The translations under genes were made by a program, and so were the position numbers. Source: a virus (Duplodnaviria > Caudoviricetes). From it: 37,982 bases of DNA. The notes below the pieces were generated by a model. The model saw nothing but the letters and a program-made list of their open reading frames with translations. It was not told the origin of the DNA and did no database searches. Of the stretch, positions 33,334-37,982 are shown in pieces. Where the stretch lies: IMG/VR virus record IMGVR_UViG_3300020161_000567, positions 1-37,982 of that record; one strand, written 5' to 3'. How positions within the stretch are numbered: the stretch's first letter is position 1; every line of letters begins with the position of its first letter.

Positions 33334-34439
33334 TACTTCACCTGTAGTTTAAGTGTGGCAGCACGGATGTGCTTACCGAGTTGCAACACGGCTGGGCGCG
33401 GATCTGACTCCGGCGCAATCGTGTTACCCGTTGAAACAGCAACGACGTGATCTTTTGGCAACTCTAGCTTGTGTTTCTTCAACACCTTCTCGACCTGCGC
33501 TGGCGATCTCAACTTCGTTTCTGTTAATTCATCAGATTCAAGTCCCATTTCTCTAAGAGCTTCCAATGCGCCTTCGTCGTTGACCCACTGACGTGCGGCG
33601 CGCTTTGGCACAAGTTTAAATCCTGGGATGGCAATGTCGTTCTCAAGCGCCTGTTGCGCCATCTCACGCACAGATTTGATCCAGTCTTCAAGACGATCTG
33701 CGATAACAAGCGCATTGCTGTAGCCCTCTGGCGTTATGCTGTTCAGTTGTATTCGTAACGCGCGCTCAGTCTCGCCCGTCATAGCAGGGCATATTGGCTT
33801 TGCTGGACACCATTTGCAATGATCGCCAATCTTTACAGGCGCGTTAGGACGCAGCGCTGTTGTAACGGCGTCGTAAAGCTCACGCTCAAACGCTTTGACG
33901 CGCCCCGGAGTTGTCAACCAACGCTTTACATATGGCGGCTGGACAATGATGCACTCTATTTCAGTGACGCCCTCGAACGCCCAACGGGCGTCATCAGTCC
34001 GCATAGCCGCAGCGGCATAGAACAAAAGCTGATGGTTCTCGACAGCATCCACCGCCACCCCATCACCAAACTTCCAATCAAGCACCACTGCACGATTGCC
34101 AATACGACCAATGAGGTCACATGATCCGAATACGCCAGCTAGATACCCTCCAAAAGAAACGGAGATTTCAGTCTGAAATTCCATTTGTGAATTAGGATCA
34201 ATCTCATTTAGTGCATCAAGGGCAGCGCGTAATTTACGCTCAATGAGATCATCGCCAAGACCAAAATCATCAACAGATGCACCATGAGATAAGATCTTGT
34301 GTATCGCATCATGTAAGAGTGACCCTTCCTCTGCATATTTTGATGATGGCCTTGGGGGAACGGATTGCGCGAGCTTCACAGAGCCAGGGCAGTTGATAAC
34401 GCGCTTCGCGGTAGAACCGCCGACTATATCCGAGTGCAT
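33333..34439 (-). CDS. Cas4-like PD-(D/E)XK exonuclease (DUF2800 family)
   Basis: CPGS...EEGSLLH...GSCD...DWKFG...QLLFYA...CKWC...CP (Fe-S cysteines). Confidence 0.85.
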   Translation of the reverse strand: MHSDIVGGSTAKRVINCPGSVKLAQSVPPRPSSKYAEEGSLLHDAIHKILSHGASVDDFGLGDDLIERKLRAALDALNEIDPNSQMEFQTEISVSFGGYLAGVFGSCDLIGRIGNRAVVLDWKFGDGVAVDAVENHQLLFYAAAAMRTDDARWAFEGVTEIECIIVQPPYVKRWLTTPGRVKAFERELYDAVTTALRPNAPVKIGDHCKWCPAKPICPAMTGETERALRIQLNSITPEGYSNALVIADRLEDWIKSVREMAQQALENDIAIPGFKLVPKRAARQWVNDEGALEALREMGLESDELTETKLRSPAQVEKVLKKHKLELPKDHVVAVSTGNTIAPESDPRPAVLQLGKHIRAATLKLQVK

Positions 34440-34464
34440 TGTATATTACCTTTCTGTGATTTGC

Positions 34465-34496
34465 ATACTAGACAATTTATTACGGATGTGTCAAAT
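34465..34496. promoter_or_regulatory. Overlapping divergent promoters of the replication module
   Basis: Minus strand TTGACA-N18-TAGTAT; plus strand TAGACA-N16/17-TCAAAT. Confidence 0.6.
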
Positions 34497-34504
34497 AGTT
34501 TTTT

Positions 34505-34828
34505 ATGACTGATTTGGAAAAAGATATCGAACGCTACTTTGTCAAGTCCGTTCAAGCACTTGATGGTCTTGCGTTTAAATTTAACAGTCTGTCAAATCGT
34601 GGCGTTTCTGACAGAATTGTCTGTTTACCAAACGGCGAAACATGGTTTGTAGAACTGAAAAAGGACGGCGGCAAGCTGTCCGCGCTACAAAAATTATTTG
34701 CCGAAGATATGCGTAAATTGAATCAGCGTTATGCGTGCCTCTGGAATCGTGAACAGGTAGATAGATGGACTTACGACCGTATCAACATGAAGCCGCAGAC
34801 TTCCTCTTCTCCAACGACCGCGCCATGA
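34505..34828 (+). CDS. VRR-NUC domain nuclease
   Basis: EKDIE...GVSDRIV...FVELK...LSALQ motifs. Confidence 0.88.
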   Translation: MTDLEKDIERYFVKSVQALDGLAFKFNSLSNRGVSDRIVCLPNGETWFVELKKDGGKLSALQKLFAEDMRKLNQRYACLWNREQVDRWTYDRINMKPQTSSSPTTAP

Positions 34829-36045
34829 TTCTTGCGCCCGTCGGCGCAGGCAAGACCGCGATCACGTTAACCGCAATGACAGAAATGTTAGCGCGAGGGT
34901 TTGTTGACCGCTGGTTAGTGCTTGCACCAAAGCGCGTTTGCACTGATGTTTGGCAGCAAGAAGGGCAGAAATGGTGTCCTGAATTTGATATATCTGTTGC
35001 TGTTGGCACGCCAGCGCAACGCAAAGCCGCCTTTGATTCTGACGCTGATATAGTGGTGACGAACTATGACAATATTCCTAGCATTGATCCCACTACTTTT
35101 GACGGTTTGGTTTTTGATGAGCTTACGCGATTAAAAAACCCAAGCGGTAAAAGGTTTAAATACTTATTGAAGATACTCGACAAGTTCCACATACGCTGGG
35201 GCTTGACAGGATCGTTCACATCGAACGGCCTCGAAGACGTGTTCGGGCAATGTAAAGTTATCGACCAGAAACTGTTAGGCCGCAGCAAAGGCGCGTTTTT
35301 ACAACAATATTTCTACTGCATTAACCGCGAGTATCAGCAATGGGAACCGTTACCTGGCGCGCTCAACCACGTAATGACCACGATCAAACCAGCAACATAT
35401 GTGCTAGAGGCTGGCGAGTATAAAGATAAGCTACCGCCGTTAAACGTCATACCGATGCGTTGCGATATGGATTTAGCGCCGTATAATAAAATGAAAAAGG
35501 ATTTTGTCCTTGAACTTAATCAGACCATCAGCGCTCCAACGGCGGCGGTTGTTACGCAAAAACTTCAGCAACTTGCGGGCGGCTTCATTTACGGACTGGA
35601 TCAACCGGAATGGATCAGCCGCCATAAGTTTGATTTGCTGGAAGAAATACTTGACGGAAATCAACGCGCAAACACAATCATTGTCTACAATTACAAGGAA
35701 GAGTTAGCGGAATTAAAAAGACAATATCCACAACTCTCTACTATGGATGACGAAAATGTAGTTGACAAGTGGAACAAAGGTGAACTCGAACTTTTAGCAA
35801 TTCATCCAAAGAGCGCAGGTCACGGACTGAACTTACAGTTTGGCGGCAACAAGATCATCTTTCTATCGCTGCCTTGGTCGCTCGAACTTTACGAACAGAC
35901 CATCGGACGCCTGCACCGTAGCGGCCAGACAAAAGAAGTGTGGTGTTACGTTCTAATCTGTAATAAGACTATTGACGAACGCATCTACGCAAGTCTGCAC
36001 GACAAGCGTTCGTTAGCGGAGTTAGCCTTAAATGAACTGGCGTGA
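34765..36045 (+). CDS. SNF2-like superfamily 2 helicase
   Basis: LRPYQ, GAGKT, VFDE, LTGS, SAGHGLNLQ, QTIGRLHRSGQ. Confidence 0.92.
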   Translation: MDLRPYQHEAADFLFSNDRAMILAPVGAGKTAITLTAMTEMLARGFVDRWLVLAPKRVCTDVWQQEGQKWCPEFDISVAVGTPAQRKAAFDSDADIVVTNYDNIPSIDPTTFDGLVFDELTRLKNPSGKRFKYLLKILDKFHIRWGLTGSFTSNGLEDVFGQCKVIDQKLLGRSKGAFLQQYFYCINREYQQWEPLPGALNHVMTTIKPATYVLEAGEYKDKLPPLNVIPMRCDMDLAPYNKMKKDFVLELNQTISAPTAAVVTQKLQQLAGGFIYGLDQPEWISRHKFDLLEEILDGNQRANTIIVYNYKEELAELKRQYPQLSTMDDENVVDKWNKGELELLAIHPKSAGHGLNLQFGGNKIIFLSLPWSLELYEQTIGRLHRSGQTKEVWCYVLICNKTIDERIYASLHDKRSLAELALNELA

Positions 36046-36265
36046 ATTGAATGAAGTCCTAACGGACTTTACGGAACAAGAGGTATTGGATCTCTTGGGT
36101 GACGAGCGCAAAAACGCTCGGCGGTCTACGGTCATTATACGTTTGCATCAGCGTTACACGACGCTGCGGATGTTGCGTGAACGAGCCGAATTATTGGAGG
36201 AAATTGATGAATCCGCACGATCTACTACAACAAGCCAGCGAGATCATAGGCGAGCGCGGGGCTGA
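36032..36265 (+). CDS. Hypothetical helical protein
   Basis: 77 aa; GGAG RBS; RLHQRYTTLR motif. Confidence 0.7.
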   Translation: MNWRELNEVLTDFTEQEVLDLLGDERKNARRSTVIIRLHQRYTTLRMLRERAELLEEIDESARSTTTSQRDHRRARG

Positions 36266-36650
36266 TTACGGTGGAATTGAAGATAATTTTCAGCTTATTG
36301 CTGATCTGGCATCTTTGCGTTTGGGCCGCGATATTCACCCCTTTGAGGTAGCGATTATCATGGTCTGCGTTAAGAACGCGCGCGCGTTTAGCAGCCCGAC
36401 GCATATTGACAGCCGTTTAGATGCAATGAACTACGAAGCCTTTGCGGCGATGTTTGCCAATGACTATGTGAACCAGAAAGAAGGTTCCGGCATTGGCTAC
36501 AAGAAGCGCGCCGATCTGAAACCTGCAAAGAAAGAAGATTTAAAGCCTACACGCCGCGCGGAGCTTGCCGTAATCGATGACAAACTGAGCCGTTTCGGAT
36601 CCACGGAGCCGCCTAAGTTCGCTGGCAACGGCGCGCTGTTGAGCGACTGA
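36207..36650 (+). CDS. DUF6378-like protein (putative nucleotide pyrophosphatase fold)
   Basis: ERGADYG...NF...IA...M..VK.AR...H.DS..D..NY pattern; GGAGG RBS. Confidence 0.7.
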   Translation: MNPHDLLQQASEIIGERGADYGGIEDNFQLIADLASLRLGRDIHPFEVAIIMVCVKNARAFSSPTHIDSRLDAMNYEAFAAMFANDYVNQKEGSGIGYKKRADLKPAKKEDLKPTRRAELAVIDDKLSRFGSTEPPKFAGNGALLSD

Positions 36651-36761
36651 GTATTGAGCCAGGGGAGGGCATGTCCCTTCCCTGACTGTCTGGCAACTAG
36701 AAAGTGCCGTTGTCGAGATCAGTAGCAGTATCGTCCACGGTTTTAGGGGCCATGACAACAT
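36540..36761 (-). CDS. Outer-membrane lipoprotein spanin (Rz1-like)
   Basis: Lipobox ALSSC after a hydrophobic stretch; CPPL motif; overlaps the i-spanin 3' end in another frame. Confidence 0.7.
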   Translation of the reverse strand: MLSWPLKPWTILLLISTTALSSCQTVREGTCPPLAQYSVAQQRAVASELRRLRGSETAQFVIDYGKLRAACRL

Positions 36762-36909
36762 TGGTCTGCTTCTCTTTCAGTTTAGCTTGCAAGTCAGCGC
36801 GGCGTAAGACCTCCTCGCGCCGCCCGCGATCATAGGCGTCGGCGATCAGCATCTTAGCCGCTGCGTAAAGAACGACTAAGAGTATGCCGACTAATATAGC
36901 GGTCGTCAT
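36697..36909 (-). CDS. Inner-membrane spanin (Rz-like)
   Basis: N-terminal TM segment plus helical periplasmic part; upstream of the lipoprotein. Confidence 0.65.
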   Translation of the reverse strand: MTTAILVGILLVVLYAAAKMLIADAYDRGRREEVLRRADLQAKLKEKQTNVVMAPKTVDDTATDLDNGTF

Positions 36910-37067
36910 GCGCCCGTGACGTTAAAATCTTTAGCGCCAATAAGACCGATAGCGATCAACGCAGCTTGCAATGAAGGCCAGTCAACGGTCTTGGTCTGCC
37001 AAGCGTTGAACAACACGGTGACAAGCGTAAGAACGCCAGGGATTGTGGTTTTCCAATTCTTAATCAT
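36906..37067 (-). CDS. Putative holin (53 aa, 2 TM; MIKNWKTTIPGVLTLV...GLIGAKDFNVTGA)
   Basis: Translated by hand; GGAGG RBS; ATGA coupling; lies in the lysis cassette. Confidence 0.65.
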   Translation of the reverse strand: MIKNWKTTIPGVLTLVTVLFNAWQTKTVDWPSLQAALIAIGLIGAKDFNVTGA

Positions 37068-37156
37068 TCGAGTGTCCTCCTGAAATAAATGCCAAGCATA
37101 AATGCTAGTTTTGCAACATACGACGCCGTAAGAGCGACAATGATTCTATCTAACAA
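37064..37156 (-). CDS. Possible 30-aa TM microprotein (LLDRIIVALTASYVAKLAFMLGIYFRRTLE)
   Basis: TTG-start ORF filling the gap between endolysin and holin; ATGA coupling; no clear RBS. Confidence 0.3.
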   Translation of the reverse strand: MLDRIIVALTASYVAKLAFMLGIYFRRTLE

Positions 37157-37649
37157 ACGCTATAATCTGCGCTTTAACGTCAGCAATCCGCGCAGACCAG
37201 CCTTTGCCAAACGTAGACCAGATCGACAAGGACTGCATAAACGCCAGACGTCGATTAGTTATCGACATTGCGACATACGTTTTGGTGGCTAGAATAGTTG
37301 CAGGGCCAATTTGGCCGTCCTGCGTGACGCCGACAACGGATTGCAGCATTTTAGCTGCGCGGCTTACGCCGGAATTGACAGCAAAGTCGAACACAGCAAA
37401 ATCAACGCCAGAGGGCAGATCATCTCCACGAACACGATCCCAATAGAGGTTCTTGTAAATCGCCGCAACTTCCGAATCAGCAATACCGCGCACGCTTTGG
37501 ATGGAGAGATTCTGCGACTTGCGCCAATTATCATAGACCGCTTGCGTAATTCCCTTATTCGTCGGGCCGCCTGGATCTTTTGGATGGTCAACGTAGCCGC
37601 CCTCGTATTTCAAGACTTGCTTCAGCGCCTGTGGATAGTTCTCTTTCAT
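37146..37649 (-). CDS. Endolysin, glycoside hydrolase family 108 with a peptidoglycan-binding C-terminus
   Basis: EGGYVDHPKDPGGPTNKGIT catalytic motif; FDFAVNSG; DGQIGPAT; FGKGWSAR. Confidence 0.9.
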   Translation of the reverse strand: MKENYPQALKQVLKYEGGYVDHPKDPGGPTNKGITQAVYDNWRKSQNLSIQSVRGIADSEVAAIYKNLYWDRVRGDDLPSGVDFAVFDFAVNSGVSRAAKMLQSVVGVTQDGQIGPATILATKTYVAMSITNRRLAFMQSLSIWSTFGKGWSARIADVKAQIIAFVR

Positions 37650-37912
37650 CTATCTGCTTTCTGGCTTACAAGATCTCGAATGGTGTCGAGCTTTGCGAAC
37701 ACTTGGCCTAGAGTTGAATTAAATTCTTCGCGTGTGATGTAGCGCCCCGCCACAAGCACTTCAATCTCGCCGACCTTTTCGGCTAGTTCTTTATCCGCTG
37801 CTTGCAGATCTTTGACAGCGCCCCAGACGGTATTCAGTACCCATCCGCCCAGGACGCCGATGATTCCAACGGCCACGTCAAAAAACACTTGATATTCAGC
37901 CATTGGTGTCAT
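37646..37912 (-). CDS. Membrane-anchored coiled-coil protein (holin/antiholin-like)
   Basis: N-terminal TM plus coiled coil and YITREEF; directly upstream of the endolysin. Confidence 0.6.
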   Translation of the reverse strand: MTPMAEYQVFFDVAVGIIGVLGGWVLNTVWGAVKDLQAADKELAEKVGEIEVLVAGRYITREEFNSTLGQVFAKLDTIRDLVSQKADR

Positions 37913-37982
37913 CTCGCCATCGCATTCAGGGGTTCTTCTACCATCGCGTTATAACCCCTCTGTGCCGCGAGCATTTCAGGAC
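37884..37982. repeat. Second copy of the 99-bp terminal repeat
   Basis: Exact match to 1-99. Confidence 0.95.

Noticed and set aside
33333-34439. CRISPR-associated cas4
   Set aside because: No other cas genes or array; the context is the standard phage nuclease-SSB-polymerase module
1-37982. Integrase, repressor, tRNA genes or stop-codon recoding
   Set aside because: None recognised by eye; core genes are intact in the standard code. A tRNAscan/HMM run would be needed to exclude them fully

Overview
This window looks like a complete circular (circularly permuted) dsDNA podovirus-type phage genome of about 37,883 bp. Bases 1-99 are identical to 37884-37982, most likely an assembler overlap. 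A long minus-strand late operon starts at terS (~22520) and runs through terL, small basic proteins, a P22-like portal, fibre genes, scaffold, a P22-like coat, decoration-like proteins, gp4/gp10-like tail proteins, a collar fibre and three ejection-like proteins. It then wraps across the contig end into a lysis cassette (GH108 endolysin, holin candidates, i- and o-spanin). A replication module contains a family A DNA polymerase, a Cas4-like DUF2800 nuclease, a putative SSB, a RepB-type primase/SF3 helicase, a VRR-NUC nuclease and an SNF2 helicase. A plus-strand early region (23.2-26.0 kb) holds many small, mostly acidic genes. No integrase, repressor, tRNA or CRISPR array was recognised. The spanins imply a Gram-negative host, and Alphaproteobacteria is my inference only. 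The most unusual features are: (i) four identical 16-bp repeats separating single early genes, each fused to the next RBS and, in copies 2-4, supplying the upstream stop codon, giving a cassette-like array; (ii) an iteron-like TTAGGGYAAT repeat field around an AT-rich core; (iii) a solo DnaA domain IV gene plus a DnaA-box-like site inside the early promoter; (iv) a dense sense/antisense locus at 26.0-26.7 kb; and (v) a self-nested domain insertion in the gp10-like tail protein. All family assignments come from motif recognition by eye, with no database searches.
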